Origin: Blepharisma stoltei ATCC 30299
Lineage: Eukaryota > Protista > Ciliophora
Assembly (NCBI GenBank): GCA_965603825.1
Contig: CBFDEM010000055.1
Coordinates: forward strand, 1-64,000
Direction of reading: 5' to 3'
DNA: 64,000 bases
Shown in pieces: positions 37,339-51,510 of this stretch (the first letter of the stretch is position 1; each line of letters begins with the position of its first letter). Position numbers and translations under genes: made by a program. The notes below the pieces were generated by a model. It saw nothing but the letters and a program-made list of their open reading frames with translations, was not told the DNA's origin and made no database searches.

Positions 37339-39066
37339 TTATGTTACTTGAACAGAATTCCAGCTTGGTAAAAACTCTTTACAGGCTTGTGTTATTTCTA
37401 TCGGGTTTGCGCCAATTTTTGCTTTAATCCAAACCATCGCGATATGCTGATCTCCTGCCAAATTTGTATAAGCGACCTTTTCAATAGTCTCCACTCCTTC
37501 AATTTCAGCTATTTTTGACCTGATTTTCTTTGATTTTCCATCAATATCTTGCTCCAGCAGCATTTGAATTGATCGTTTTATCAATCCACCTACACTTAAA
37601 AATATTAGACTAGAAATAATAAGAGAGCAAATCGGATCTGCGATATACCACTGCCAATTGTGCACAAAAATAGACGAAATAATCACCCCGACGCTTCCCA
37701 ATGTGTCAGCCAAAATATGTAAGAAAACTCCTTCTAGATTGCTGTTGTCGCCTTCATGGTCATGGAAAAAGAAAAGTCCTATCATATTAACGAGTAGACC
37801 TAGCACAGAAACGAGGATAAGCATTTCTGTTTGGATTTCTGGAGGCTCCATAATTCTCTCAATGCTTTCGATAAAAATATTCATACCTACAAATATTAAA
37901 AATATTGCATTGATATAGCCTGATAGCACTTCATAACGCACGTAGCCATAAGGATTTTCTGCGTCTGGGGGCAGTTTTGATACATAAGAAGCATATAAAC
38001 CTATAGCTAAAGCTGTGCAGTCAAAGCACATGTGAATTGAGTCAGAAATCAAGCCTAATGAGTTGCACCAGTATCCATATGCTGCTTCTACAAACATAAA
38101 TAATAAATTGATCCTGTGTAAATTTTACATTAAAAATAAAGATAATCGTCTTGAATCACGCTGTGAACAAATGTGCATAATTAAGCCTGACTGAGAATCG
38201 GTCATTAAAGGAAGATTTTCTTGAGTCTGATAACGATGGAGGAATAAAATAATTTGATTTATAATGAGATACACAATGTAAAACCCATTAAACACAAAAA
38301 CTGAAAAAGCACCTATAAAGATCGCTAAGTAGCCTAACTGTAAAATATGCTCAGTTGGCTGTCTGTGTAATAAAGAACTAGGCAAAAATACCACAAAATA
38401 CGCCGCGGCCGCACTAAAAATAAAAGTTTGCAGCATGCATCCAGTGCAGTGTTCAGCAGCCTCTGCTTCAGAAGGTATCACAAATTTAATAGCATAATAC
38501 CCTGCTGCAGCAAAAGTTGCGATTATATTGGAGTATGAGTTGTATTTTATTTGGTTTTTCTGCATTGATGAGGCTAAATTGTGTTGGAAATTTCGAATAA
38601 GTGACCAGGAAATTGCCATTAGGCCTTGCAGAACTGAAAATTGAAAACAAATTCCTATGGCACTAATAAAAAATAGCAAAAACGCAGTCGCCGTAATTTC
38701 TGTCAAAGGTCTGATGTGTTGGATTACAGCTAAAAGGCCATTAAATGAAATGTATGCAGGCTGTGACGCTAATGCACTGAATAAGTGTTACAGAACTGGA
38801 GAGTCTGAAGCGATTTGGATAAGAAGGATAATAGAAGAAAGCTTGAAAAAGGCACCAATAAAAATCTTAAAAATCTGAGTAGAAAATACTGAGGATGTGG
38901 TGAATGTTTCACTTGGAATTTCCCAAGCTTTTTCTTTTATCACGAAATAGAGGGTGCTAAAAATTAAAACTAGAAACGCCCCATATGATTGAATGCTACT
39001 TAGGAGAACAAGCCCAAGACCTTCACCCATCCCAATCAGAAATTGTCCAAGGTTATTCTTTCCCAT
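37339..39066 (-). CDS. CDF zinc transporter, ZnT5/Msc2-like (extra N-terminal TM region), 565 aa; two introns
   Basis: SLGLISDSIHMCFDC, YGYVRYEVLSGYIN, NLEGVFLHILADTLGSVGVI, IADPICS. Introns at 38777-38791 and 38114-38128 restore the frame. Confidence 0.92.
38114..38128 (-). other. 15-nt intron (CDF transporter)
   Basis: GTAAAATTTACACAG; splicing removes an in-frame TAA. Confidence 0.9.
38777..38791 (-). other. 15-nt intron (CDF transporter)
   Basis: GTAACACTTATTCAG; splicing removes an in-frame TAA. Confidence 0.9.
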
Positions 39067-39939
39067 CTTTATAGTGAAAAATTGAATTTCATGATTTTAA
39101 TTAATTTTTGTATTTGCTGAGAGTTCTAATATATTAATTTAAATGCATATTATTACTTTTCTTTATAAAAGACTAAATGCTTTATTTTGTATTGGTTTGT
39201 ATAGTGATCAGATGCAACCGACTAATCGATTTAATTTAATCCTAATGCTTTGGATTAGAATAAATTAAATATATACAGAATAATTAGATATTTAAAAATA
39301 ATCAAATTGATTTATCATAAATTTACCGAGATCAAAATATGGGGTTTTATAAAATAAGCTCAATTTAATGAGTAGAGTAAAGAAGATTTTTGGCTTTTAA
39401 AGACTTTTGAAGTGCGTGTACAATTTCAACGAGGAGGAAGATGATAACAGAATTTTATCGGCGTTCTACATAAGGGTTACTTCAAAAAAAATTACCCCCA
39501 TTTTATGATTCTTTGAACTGATTCTGTTTATTGATAAACGATAATTTAGGCCGTGACGCTTTAACCTTTTGCTATGAATTTTCTAATCTTTTGTTTGGTA
39601 ATCCCCTACTTATCATGCATTTTCTTCAAGAAATCCCTTTTAATGGCAGAATCCTTAATTCTGTGGTATGTCTTGATCACAACTATATATTTATCTTTCA
39701 TTTATGAGCATCTTGACAGTGTTCGCATAATCTTTCTTATAGAATTAAAATTAGACATCCAGTATATTTTATCATTTTCTCTCAGGATTAGTTCATTATT
39801 GTATAAAATTATGTTTACATCTGAGAAAATGGATTGCCAGATAATATGAAAAGCGCTTCAGCATATCGTGAAATTATATAATTTAAGTAGAAAATTAATA
39901 TTTTCTAACAATAATTGCTTTATTTACTAGCCTAAATAT

Positions 39940-42435
39940 TTAAGCATCCCTCAAATACTGAATATATCTCGATACAACTGGATCAACAGTAACTCCAGGG
40001 TTTTGCAAGCACCCTTCAAGCGCATCAGGCCCTCCATGCTCTTTAAACAATGCAAAGTTATCCTCATGATTTGCAACCAAAATATTAATCGCCATTATAA
40101 TTGCTTTAATAATTTCAGCATTAGGACTTTCTATGATTCTTTTAATAAGCCTTTCAATAAGTAACTTCCCAATAAAAGTCTTACTAAATGGATTTTTTTC
40201 TGCCATATTTTCAATCAAAATTAGCATTTTTTCTTCACTTTCGTCACCATAGCCTATAAATCCTCCTAATGAAGTGATTAGTTTTTCATCAGCACATAGC
40301 TGCTCATTAGTAGAATGGTCCTTGCTTAATACTGTAATTGCTTGCAGACATCTAGACAGCACTTCCGCATTATATTTATTTCCTAATGCTCCATTTCCCA
40401 TTAAAATCCCTTTTAATATCCCTAAAATTTCTCTAGATATATTTCTCCTTCTTGATGATTCAGTAGCTAAATTTAAAATCATTAATATTGAATATGCCAA
40501 TAATTTCTGGTCTTTTGTAGACAGCCTTTTTACTATTGTAGCACGTGCCTGATATAAAGTCTGCTTATTTTCTCTATTATTGTAAGATAGATTTACTAGA
40601 GAAATTGCAGCTTGTGTAGCTAAAGTATAATTTCTCCCCGCATAAACTTCAAGCAAATGCGGGATAAGAATTTTCAGCATCTGCAAGTCTTGAGCTTCAG
40701 TAACCCCAACCGTAACTCTACATATAGCACTTTTTAGGTCTATCGATGATCCTGGCCTTTCTAATAAATAAATCAGAAGTTTAGGATAAGCTGATAAATC
40801 CCCACTGATTTCAAGCTCTCTTTGTAGGTATCCACATTCTATAAGACCAATCATAACTTTTTCATTGAACATCCAGTAATTATTAGGAGCATAGGAGCCA
40901 CCTTTCACTTTTCCTGCATCTTCTAGCATTCTGTTTACCAGTGGATAAATATCGTCACCTTTATCTTCATCCTCATCTTTTTCATTGGACCGTTTTTTTA
41001 TCGCAAGCATTTCTTTTATAGCGATTTTCAGCTTATTTAAACTTTTTGTGTCTTTTAAGGTACCCTTCATGATGGGCTCAATAACATCTTCTAATGTGAA
41101 TCTACTCTGAAGTAGCCCACCATCTACACAATAAGCTAAATATCTGCAAACTTTTTCACATCATTTTTTATACCCAATTGTATCTCTTTCTGATGCAGTT
41201 GAATTTTGAAACTCAATAATGATCCTCTCTGGAGAGTTTAATTGGTCAAGCGATCTTTGTGTAATTTTTGCTTCGTGCATACCTTCAACTTCTTTAATTA
41301 AATTTTTTATATGAGGGTCATTTGAATCTTTTTCAATAAGCCTCATTATGCTGTACATGAATTGGTAGGCATAATAAATCCTTTCTGGCTTTATATTTAA
41401 ATGAATTTGGTAAAAATTTGCAGCTTCTTCATCAAAGATTAAGGCATCACAGCGAGGCTTTATAATATTGTAATAAAATTCATTAGAAATTGATGTAGAG
41501 TATATAGAGTCTGCAGGCTCCAATGCAATTTGTCTAGCATTTGGGCCGCCTTTACATATAAATACAATATCCTGCCCTGAGTCCATAAGCGGTGGTATAA
41601 ATTTCCTTCTCATTAAAACAACTGCAATATACCTATTCGGAGTTACCAATAAAATTTCTCAGCCTCTCCAGCTTGCTAAATCCATAACCAAATTCATTCT
41701 TTTCATATAAGGGTTATTTTTCAAATACCAAAAATCCTCACCAGGATTCAGCAAGCCTTCAGCTATTTCTTCGGCTTTAGATCTTATATCATCTTTAATA
41801 AACTCTAATTGAATTGCGTCTTCTACATTTACAGTCAAAACATAATGACCTCCTTTTTCATCTTGTCCTTCATATTCTCCCATAACTCTATGGTTGACAT
41901 TTAAATAGTTAGGGACGAAATACCCGAAACCTTTAAGTGTCGATTGTCTTGAAGATGTCGAAGGGTATAAGTATCGTTCCTTGCTAGCTGATTCTTTAGC
42001 TTTGGCTTTATATCGCTTTAAATCAATCTTTTCTTTGTCGATTCACATGTTTCCGATTTTTCCGAGCCTTCACATATAGTCAGTTTCCCAATAGCATTTT
42101 ATATGTCTGACAAGTACATCTTTTTCTGAAGAAATTATAGTCATTTTCGCAGGAATTCCTCTAGGCCGCTCATCGCTAATTTCTAGTCTAAGGACATCTT
42201 GAGGGCCATGCTTGTCTCGCTGCTCTATAAGTCTGGTGATATGAGCATAAAAAATTTCACCTAAAAGGATTGTCATTTGATCGTTTAGAACAAACATAGA
42301 ATGCTCACCAAGGCACAAGATAACTGGGTCTTTAAAAGGCTGCTCGTTAATTCCTATATGCAAAATCTGGCAAAAATAACGGACTCGAGCTTTAAGTTTT
42401 TGTCGTAGTGCTTCTAATAAGGCATAAGACTGCAT
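39940..42435 (-). CDS. Protein with PH-like N-terminus and armadillo-like C-terminal repeats, 831 aa
   Basis: Four track ORFs in one frame via TGA=W. ARM-like helices (AAISLVNLSYNNRENK, LFKEHGGPDAL). Domain calls are by eye. Confidence 0.8.
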
Positions 42436-42569
42436 TTTTAAGTAGTTTTAGATGAATTAAATAGCTTTAAAACGTATAATTTTCTTATAGAAAGCTTAAA
42501 TTATCAAGAAAACTCTGCCAAACGCATAAATTACTTGTAAATTTAAATAAAATTAATTATATTTTTACT

Positions 42570-43040
42570 ATGGAGACATCTCAGTTTTACTATAAACAAG
42601 TAGCAGTTATCCAAGGGCGATTTTTTTCTATTTATGACAGAAAAACTGAATATCAAATCGGAAAAACCCTTCACCAAGAAGCAGCCCCAAACCATCAATC
42701 CGGATACTATGTTTACAAAACTCCATATCAAGCTTTAATATCAAATATTCCTTATAAAGAAGGAGGGAATTTCGTTGCACCAAGAACAATACTAAAAGTC
42801 ATAGCCTGAGGCGAATGCATTGAATACCCAAACCATAAATTCTCATTTTCTTACATTTTACCTGTAGAGGATATTGGGCTACCTTTTGGGTATATATCAA
42901 CGCAATATGCCAGAAATTATGATAGAAAAAATGCAAAATTAAAACCCAAAACTTCTAGTATGAAAGAAGAAACTAAAAAACTTGAAGAAGAGGTAAAAAA
43001 ATTAGAAGATTTAGCAATAAGAATGGGAATAAATATTTAA
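42570..43040 (+). CDS. Hypothetical protein, 156 aa
   Basis: The track ORF continues through TGA at 42807 to TAA at 43038-43040, ending in a short coiled coil. Confidence 0.8.
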
Positions 43041-43110
43041 TGCTATAAATAAAAAAAGTATAAGTAGGTATGGTAATAATAACAAAGAATTGATTATTAG
43101 TAAACCTATT

Positions 43111-46100
43111 TTAATTAAATATCAATAGGATAGACAACCCAAGTAGAATCCAAACGCTCCCATCGCTGTCACTACCCTTTACACTTATCCGACTCATCGA
43201 CGTATATTGGGAGTCTCCACCATACTCCATACACGTCGGCCACATAGGGTAGTTATTGCAAAGAGTAAGATAGCAATAATACGTAGTTCCTTCTTGAAGC
43301 CCTGATATACTCAGTAATTGAGGCACATGTGCTGTCACATCTATAGAACTGACTCTCCCTTTATTGTTTCTCGCATCTAGTCCATCCATTACTTGCCAAG
43401 CAGCTGGATTATCATTAGTAGAATTTATCCCACATGATACATAGGCTTTTCCATTTATTGAAGAGGTCAAGTTGAATCTTTGCATATCGTCTTTTTGCTT
43501 TATTAGCACAGGAAGTAATTCCCAAGCTGGGTTTGTGCTTGGAATTACATCACTGAATGTATATGAAGGAGCTGAGCTTAAGTATAAAGTTGATTTGAGC
43601 TCTGACATGGCGTTGGCTTGATTTTTATTGAAATTCTCAAGGATTTTTGAAGATGAGTATCCTGGGAAACTTCTATCATATATGACATAATAGCTGAAAG
43701 TCGTAGCTGTTCCATAAGCTTGAACTCTTCTATTAGAAGGCTGGCTTGTGCTAATATAATAAAGCCAGGATGGATTGATTCCGCTGTATTTTGCAAGTGT
43801 GCTCGCTACTTTGGAGGAATATAGACTCAAATCCCCAGTTGAAGTGCAGGTTACGAAAAGCGTCATGATTGGTTGGAGAGGCGATGTAGTGAAATTAATC
43901 ACCTTAGGCTGATCGTACGAATGATCACTTAATAGTTTATGATCACCGTAAGCTGCAAATGTATAGTCAGTCCCACCCATAAGGAAGTCAAGATTTATGA
44001 TGGTTGTAGTTTTGGCATAGACTACTTGTGAAGAAATATAATAATCGTCACAATGCTCAGCATGCTGTCTACTGAAGAATTCATAAATATCTTTGTCTTT
44101 AGAAGTGTCAATGTCAGTCTCCTTATTAGCATATTCATCAGCAAGTTGGTCACTTAGTGTATAAGAATTTGGATCTGTGAGCACTGGCGCATTGTCAACC
44201 ATAGTTTTAAAAGGCAAAATATCTGCCCCTTTGCAAGTAAGAGACCAGTACAGAATAACATCGTAATCTGATGCCACTGAAATTGACACAGTACTTCCAT
44301 CTTTTACAGTGCTTTGTAGCTGTAGGTTGGCTTGCATAAGACTTGAAGAAAGCTGACCTACTGAAAGAATAATGCTGGCTGGTGCCTTGTAAATATTTGA
44401 GTTATCCCCAGAAAGTGCAAGGGACATGGTTGTAGTGCTATTAGATGATGCATAATTTTGTGCAACATCAATAGTAAAGCACAATGAGTTTATGTCAGGA
44501 GCAAATTGCAGTCATGCTGGATTAGCAGCTATTCCTATGGAGTCTGAGTTAAAAGTTGGAGTTACCATTAAATTGTTTGCAGGAGCATAGGTCATCGTGA
44601 CACAGACTGGAACACTACTGTATCCTACATATAGCTTAGGAATTTTGGAGATATTGATTGACAGATGCTTGTCTGGATTTGTATGGACTTCTATCAATGT
44701 GCTTGAAGGGGCATTATACATGCTGACATTAGGGTCTTGAGAGTTTTCATTCAATGTCCAGTCGATATAATAAATTCCATTAGGTGTTTCTCGCAGAGCA
44801 GCTACTCTGAACACAATTTCTGAATGCATTTGTTTTAGCACCCAACCGTGGAATTGCGAGGAAAGTTTGAGATAGCTTGATCCAGTCCCACTTATTGTTG
44901 GGATAAATTTAATGGATTTGTCTACTGATGGCCAACTGTTAGAAATTTTCATATGAATATCATCACTTTGCTGCCCTGGGATTAAAGCAATTCGGCCACT
45001 TGGTTCTGAATAATCAACCCCTAATGAGGATGCCTCTTGGGTATAGCCTTTATAGCCACTATTTAAGAGCCCATAGCTTTTGCTAAGAGTAAGCTTGACT
45101 GTATTCCAAACACCGACCTCGAATTTACTTGACCAGAAATTAAAGCTCCCGAACGTGCTAGTATCCATTGTGTCCCATCCAGATCCCTTTTCTCTTTTCA
45201 ACCCACTGCCTGGATTCTGAATATTTGGAATTGTCAATACTATTCTTGATGCTTCAGTTAATCTTATGGAATTATCGGATTGAATGCTCAGCATTACTTT
45301 AGACCCATTTACAGAGCACAGTTGATTAGGATTCCAGGACTTGTCACAGTTATAAGCGTCAGTAGTATTTTGGCAAAGGGCTGAGCTGCATGCTATTGAA
45401 TTTGATTTCCACATATTATAGTTAAACTGCTCCGGGAAATTAATGTAAAACACTGTGTCTGATGTAAATATATCAGACGTGTTTGTAGGATAAAATTCAA
45501 AGGTATAGTCAGCCATCGTAGATTGAGCGTCGTCATCTGTGTCCATTGACTTAAGCATGACTTTGCTTTTGCTTGGATTTACGGTCTGGGTGTATTGGAT
45601 TGAGCTTCCAAATGCTTTGGCATATCCAGTTGAATTATAATGCCAAATTGAAAATTTCCCATCAGTAACCATATATGGGTTTCTGACATTGTAGACGCTC
45701 ACGTCAATATTGGTTTCAGCTGTTACTAGCGTGCTAATATCAGTGACAGTCAGATACCAGTGGTTAGGACTGCAAGAAATGGTTCCCAGAGCAGACGAAC
45801 TGCACTTTAGTTCATATTGGTCTGGCATGAGCACTGAAAATGGGTTGGTGGCGTCGCCTATATATGGATCAAACCCTGATCCAGTGTCTGATCTTGGGAA
45901 TTGAATTACAATAAAATCATCAGCCTCAACGTCAACACTTCCAAATGTAAACTTATACGTCGCGCTTTCTCCCACATTCGCTATATCTGTAATAGCAATG
46001 CTGCTTATTTGGATTGTTGAGTCTATTTTTTGGCCAATATCTAGTAGTGCACCCGAAGTAGAGTCTTTAACAAGTACTGTTCCTGCCCAATTTCCTTGGA

Positions 46101-49100
46101 CTTTAATACCAGATGACGTTTTTCCAGGGACTTTCGGAAGCACAAAAGCACTGTCTATATATATTTCAACAATAGACTCAGCAACCAAATCTTGGCTTAA
46201 AGTAAGTACTACGTTAAAATTTTCGATTTTGCAGGCCAAGTAGGGAACATTGCTCCAGCAGAAGTCTTGGATAGTCCCTAATGGATAATTCCATGATGAA
46301 GCTATACCCTGAGATATAACGATTTTTCCTTTAGCTGGAATTGTTCTGGACATTGAGAATGCCATATAAAGGTCAGCTAGCATTCCTGCATTATTAGGAT
46401 ACACCTCAGTGGTAAGATAAGTAGGAATACCAATTGAGCTTGAGCCACCATCTACCACAACAGGAACACTTCCTGAGTAAGAATCAATGTATTTCCCTGC
46501 AGAAGCTTGTGTCGTCACCAAGGTAAAGCAAACTAAATTCGACGAAGAAGACGGAAGGACGTGTTTTACAAAAATGCTAATAGAAGTTCCAGAAGAAACT
46601 GGGTTGAAGCTTGTCAACAGCATGCTTCCTGATGCAGAAACTTTGCAAGAAATTGAACTTCCATCAGAAGGGGTTAAAGTTGTAGATGAGCATGCCGAAA
46701 TTCCATCAGTGTCAGACCACCCAAAACTTGTGCCCATAGTAACTTCGATTAGCCCACCTGCAGGAATGTCATGGGATATAGTAAAACTTAGCTCTAATGT
46801 GACATCAACAAGCCCTGACCCAGATGATGTCGTCATGCTACAGGTTGGGGAATTAATTTTTCCAGTACTTATAGAAACAGAACTATCTGAGCTTGTGATC
46901 GTTTTTGTTCACTTGCAGCCATTTCCAGGACTACTACCATCTGCAATCCATACACTGTAATTAGTTTCTACTTTTCCTGAAGTTTTGTCAACTTGGTTAG
47001 GTGGATAAACATTTGTTATTTTCAAGGTGAAAGTTGTAGAACTACTAATAGAAGTGCCAGAGTAGCCAGAAAAACCATAGGTCATGACAAAAGCTCCTTC
47101 TGTGGTATCAGTGACTGAGCTTCCACTATATGGGTTTGTCGATGTATAAGTATTTGAGCTAATTAGGAGGCTCATAACTGGTTCCTGCTGAGTTGTACCT
47201 TTAGTCATCCCAACTCCAATTATATCAGTGTTAGCTATAGAACCACTTGCAATTGTTGGAGAAATAGTCAAAGTTGCAGCCTCTCCGACAGTAAAAATCC
47301 CAGACGATGTTGCAGCTGTAAATGTGCTTGTGGGACTAACAATAGACCAGGTGCTGGAGCTCTCATAGAGCTCCATTTTAGTCTTAGGGTCGTCTGGGAC
47401 TGTGTAATAGATCATTGTTTTTGTGTTATAGGTGCCAGTAGCTGTAAAATGCTGTGGGAGATATGTTTTAACTATTGTATTGCCGCTAGTTGGATTATAA
47501 GTCAATTTTCCAAGTGACATTAAAGTTATAACTGCATGGTTCTTCGTCGCTCCATCACTGTCTATCAGCTTGTAATATGAAACAATGGCCCTTGCACCTG
47601 GGGCATCAGATGCGAACTTACTTGAGTCCATTTCTCCTGTCATGATTCCTGTATGCAAAAAGCCATCACTTGAATCATAACCGCTCTCGATGTCTATGTC
47701 AATATAAAGACTGTAACTAGGGTCATCGAAATCTAAGCTCATAGAAATAGGCTCTATATAATTTACTATAGGAATCCCAAATACTGCAGCTGTACAAAGA
47801 GGCACTGAGTACAGTTTTGATGAGCTTACCAATGGCATAACTGAAAATACATTGCTGCCTATCTCGCGTAAAGTCTCGCTTGAATACTCGACCTTTGCCC
47901 ACATCTCGTAAAAAGTGGCGACATTTGAAGCCACAGATGGAAGACTTGTAGTAGATGTTGAGCTGTAGGCAAATAAATAATAATTGGTAGGAGACACTTT
48001 CTTTGAAGAGCTTGCTGGAATGCTTACATAAATCCCACTAGACTGAGTTCCAAAATATGGTGAATAAATAGCATTACCTTCAGGTATAGTTGTTGAAGAT
48101 GTTAAAGCGCCAATTGTTTCTGAAGTGGTTGCCTTTGAATCGATATATACTTTAGTGAAAGAAGGACTGGTGCTATAATTTATGTTGAAAACTATAGTGA
48201 CACCTGCAGTATCTCCCCATGTATATTCTCCTCCTGGCTTGACCCTGAAATACAGTTTTTTTCCTAATTCTCCACCTTGAATATGGCCAGCAGTAAGTTT
48301 ATTTGCACCTTCATAGGTAAGACTATTACCGCCATGGAAAGTACAGTCAGAAAGTAAGATATTGGAGATCGTTAATTCAAAGTCATAAGAACTTGACAAG
48401 GAGTCAATAACGTACAAATCTTCAGTTTTTGACTCAATTTTTGAGATTTGGGGACTGTCTGAGTTGAAGTTGGTAAGGACAGTTATAGTAAATGTTTTGG
48501 GTGTCTGGTAGTTATCAAATTTGATGGTCACTTTTTGGGTTGTGTCAACAGAGCATGATGTCCCATTAATGTAAGGCGATAAATAGCAAAGCCCATTCGC
48601 TGCCTTTGTGCCGTCAAGCTCTTTCCACCAGCTGGGATAATAAATGTCAACACCATAAAATGTAACTGACAAAGTCCCAGATGCCGGAATATTATTCTCA
48701 GTCACGATCGTCAAGTCTGTAAAGATTGTCATGCCTTGCATTATTTCTGTATTTGGTATTGTGCTTCTTGGTAACCATGAAAGAATTCGTGGAGTCCCAG
48801 GAGTCATCGAAAAAGTGCCTGAGCCAGTTGCATGCCGTATAAGGTTATTAGTGCCGAACCTCCAAAGCTTTACTTCCCATGAGTTTTTGCTTGAGCTTGT
48901 AGATACCACATATGACGGCAAATAGAACTCAGAAACTGTAAATGCAATGTCAGTTTTGGTGGTTATATAAGCATCATAAGCTACCCCATAAATGTAGACA
49001 GAATTTTTGGAGGATTCAGAAGAAGAGGTCGTTGTAAGTCCAGTCAAACCACTGCTTTTCGTAGCAACTGCACAAGGAAGAGATGATGATCCAGATGGGC

Positions 49101-49731
49101 CTACTAAAACACCATTGGATGATGAGCAGGTAGGGTTGCTAGATGGAGACCAATCTTTTGGAGGGATGATTTCAATGATGTCGTTTTTCCAAATGCTCTT
49201 GTTTATTGGAAAATGGAAGACAAAACTGTCCGAGCTTCCAATTTGTTTAGCTTGTGAAACCGAATATACAGACAAGTTATTATCTGGGATATCTGGTTCT
49301 GATATGGCAATGCAGCCAAAGACAAAATTGGCATCAGTAATTTGACCTGTTTGGCTTGATCTTGTGATTATCCCAAATGGCCCCACAAAGCCTGGGTTTG
49401 ATGGTAAAGTTGCGGTTGTGGTGACTGACATGTCTGTCCCTGCTTGAATTTCTGAAGATCCCAAATTTGCATTGACTGGGTTTATGATACTAGGGAAAGT
49501 TGATGGGAAAATTATTTGAACGATGCCGCCTTTTAATGTAGTCGTAGGCCTGAAGTTAAAGGTAAGAGTTACTAGCGTTCCTGCGTTTGTTTGAGACAAG
49601 TCGATTGGGTTGTTGTATCAATCTTCTTTTGGCCATGTGATTCTTCCAGGGTCCAAGGAACCGTTCTTGGTAGTAAAGTCTTTGCAAGCTACTAGACTTA
49701 TAGTCCAAAGAAACATAGTTCAGGCTTTCAT
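43111..49731 (-). CDS. Large Ser/Thr-rich surface glycoprotein, 2206 aa, with signal peptide and hydrophobic (GPI-like) C-terminus
   Basis: 6621-nt single frame with TGA=W. N-terminus MKAWTMFLWTISLVAC, beta-sandwich-like repeats, an FN3-like segment (ISGLQEGTTYYCYL), ending WILLGLSILLIFN. Confidence 0.9.
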
Positions 49732-49950
49732 TATATTATTATGACATGTAAAATTTTTTGATAAAGAAATCTTTAAAATAATAGTAAAAATTAAGAGTTT
49801 TGGCATATAATTAGATAATTAAGCTTATATTTAGTTTAACTTTCTTTTAAGTCTTTGATAGCTCGGGATTGGCTTTAAAAAAATTGTAGAAAGAATTGAT
49901 TTTTTGACTTGAGGCAAATGTCGAGATTCTTTCTATATTTTTTATAAGTA

Positions 49951-51510
49951 ATGCGACCCATCTTTTTGCCAATTTTTCTGGTTTTTGCTTCAATTCCTAT
50001 ACATTTCGAGTACTTTGGCCAAGCAGAAAGGAAAATCCTTAAGTATCCTTTCATTGATCTTTTTAATTCAAAAAGATTTTTATCCCAGACAAACATAACA
50101 AACCTTGGAGATGTAATCAGTATTTAGAACCAATATTACGTTGAAGCTGCCATAGGAACTCCTAAACAAGCTGTTACTCTCTTAATCTCGTCAATTTCTC
50201 CATGAATATGGGTCGACGATATAAACTGTTCAAAGTGCAGGCAAAAAAACAATAAGTTCGACTCAAGCCTAAGCTCGACATTTAGCACTTCAGGGTCTAC
50301 CAAAGACTTGGAATCCGTCGCAGAGGTATCAGGAAAAGTCTGTACAGAAAAAATAGAAATTGGGGCATCTCAAATCGAAGTTTCAGAGCAGTCATTCCTT
50401 TTGGTAGATACCGAAAAAAACAGCGATTCGATGATGACTGATGGAGTCTTTGGGCTAGGATTTGACGAAGGCGATTGTAAATCATTTATTTCAAGCTTAA
50501 AAGCTGAGAAAAAAATCGTGAATAGAAGGTTCGCGGTTTATTTGAACTATTATGAGACTTCACCAGATGTGAAAAACTACGGGAAACCAAGCATTGTTAT
50601 AGACGGGTATGATAACCGTCTAAGTTCTGTTGTGTCCTCAGGCTTCTCATACATAAATATAAACACTTCAGAGCAAAAATGAGAAGTAAAATGCAATTAT
50701 GTCGCTTTTGGAAGTAAAAAGTTAACCCGAGGCTCTAAAGCTGAGATAAGCTTAGGAACTAGCTGAATTTTGGGCCCAAACGATGATATCGCAATTATAA
50801 TGAAAAGTTTTCTTGACGATTATGACTGTGATAGTGACACTGATGGCTTTTTTAAATGTAATTGTGATAAGGAATACCCTAAATTAGTTTTTCAGCTAGA
50901 TGGGTATAATTTTACAGTAAATCCAAGCGGGTATTTCGAAAAATACAACGACTTTTGCTATCCTTCGTTAGGCTACGCTCAAAATAGTGACACTTGAATT
51001 TTAGGGGATACCTTTCTTAGAAGATTTTATACAAGTTTTGACATGGATAACAATAGAATTGGGTTTGCTAAGCTTGAAATTAATCAAACAATTCCAAACC
51101 CTCCACCTAATCCTCCAGATCCTCCAACTCCGCCAACTCCTCAGCCAAATACGACCGATAACCAAACAATTTCAAATCCATTACTCAGCCATTCCAGTTC
51201 TTCCTCTAAAAGCTTGGCAATTATTATTGTTATACCTTTATTATTTGTGTTTATAGCAATACCAAGTGCAATTTACATCTATATCAAATCTAAAAAACTA
51301 GAAGCAAAAAAGCAAATGGATAAGGAAACTAATAAGAAAGTAAAGCCTGATGATCCAGCTTTTTCTGAAATCATTATAGAAGATCTCGAAGAAGCCAAGT
51401 TAGCAAAAACCCCTAGCAATGCTCTTACAAGAGAGCCCACAGCTCAGTACGAATCAAATAAAGATAATGAAAAAAATGCTAGTCTATATCCTTCACTAAA
51501 GGAAATTTGA
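49951..51510 (+). CDS. Pepsin-family (A1) aspartic protease homolog lacking both catalytic Asp, with Pro-rich stalk and TM helix, 514 aa; intron at 50113-50127
   Basis: QYYVEAAIGTPKQ, WIWV..CSKC, FDSSLSSTF, DGVFGLGF, WILGDTFLRRFYTSFDMDNNRIGFA. The DTG/DSG positions read LLISSIS and AEISLGTS. Confidence 0.88.
50113..50127 (+). other. 15-nt intron (aspartic protease homolog)
   Basis: GTAATCAGTATTTAG; splicing removes an in-frame TAG. Confidence 0.9.
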
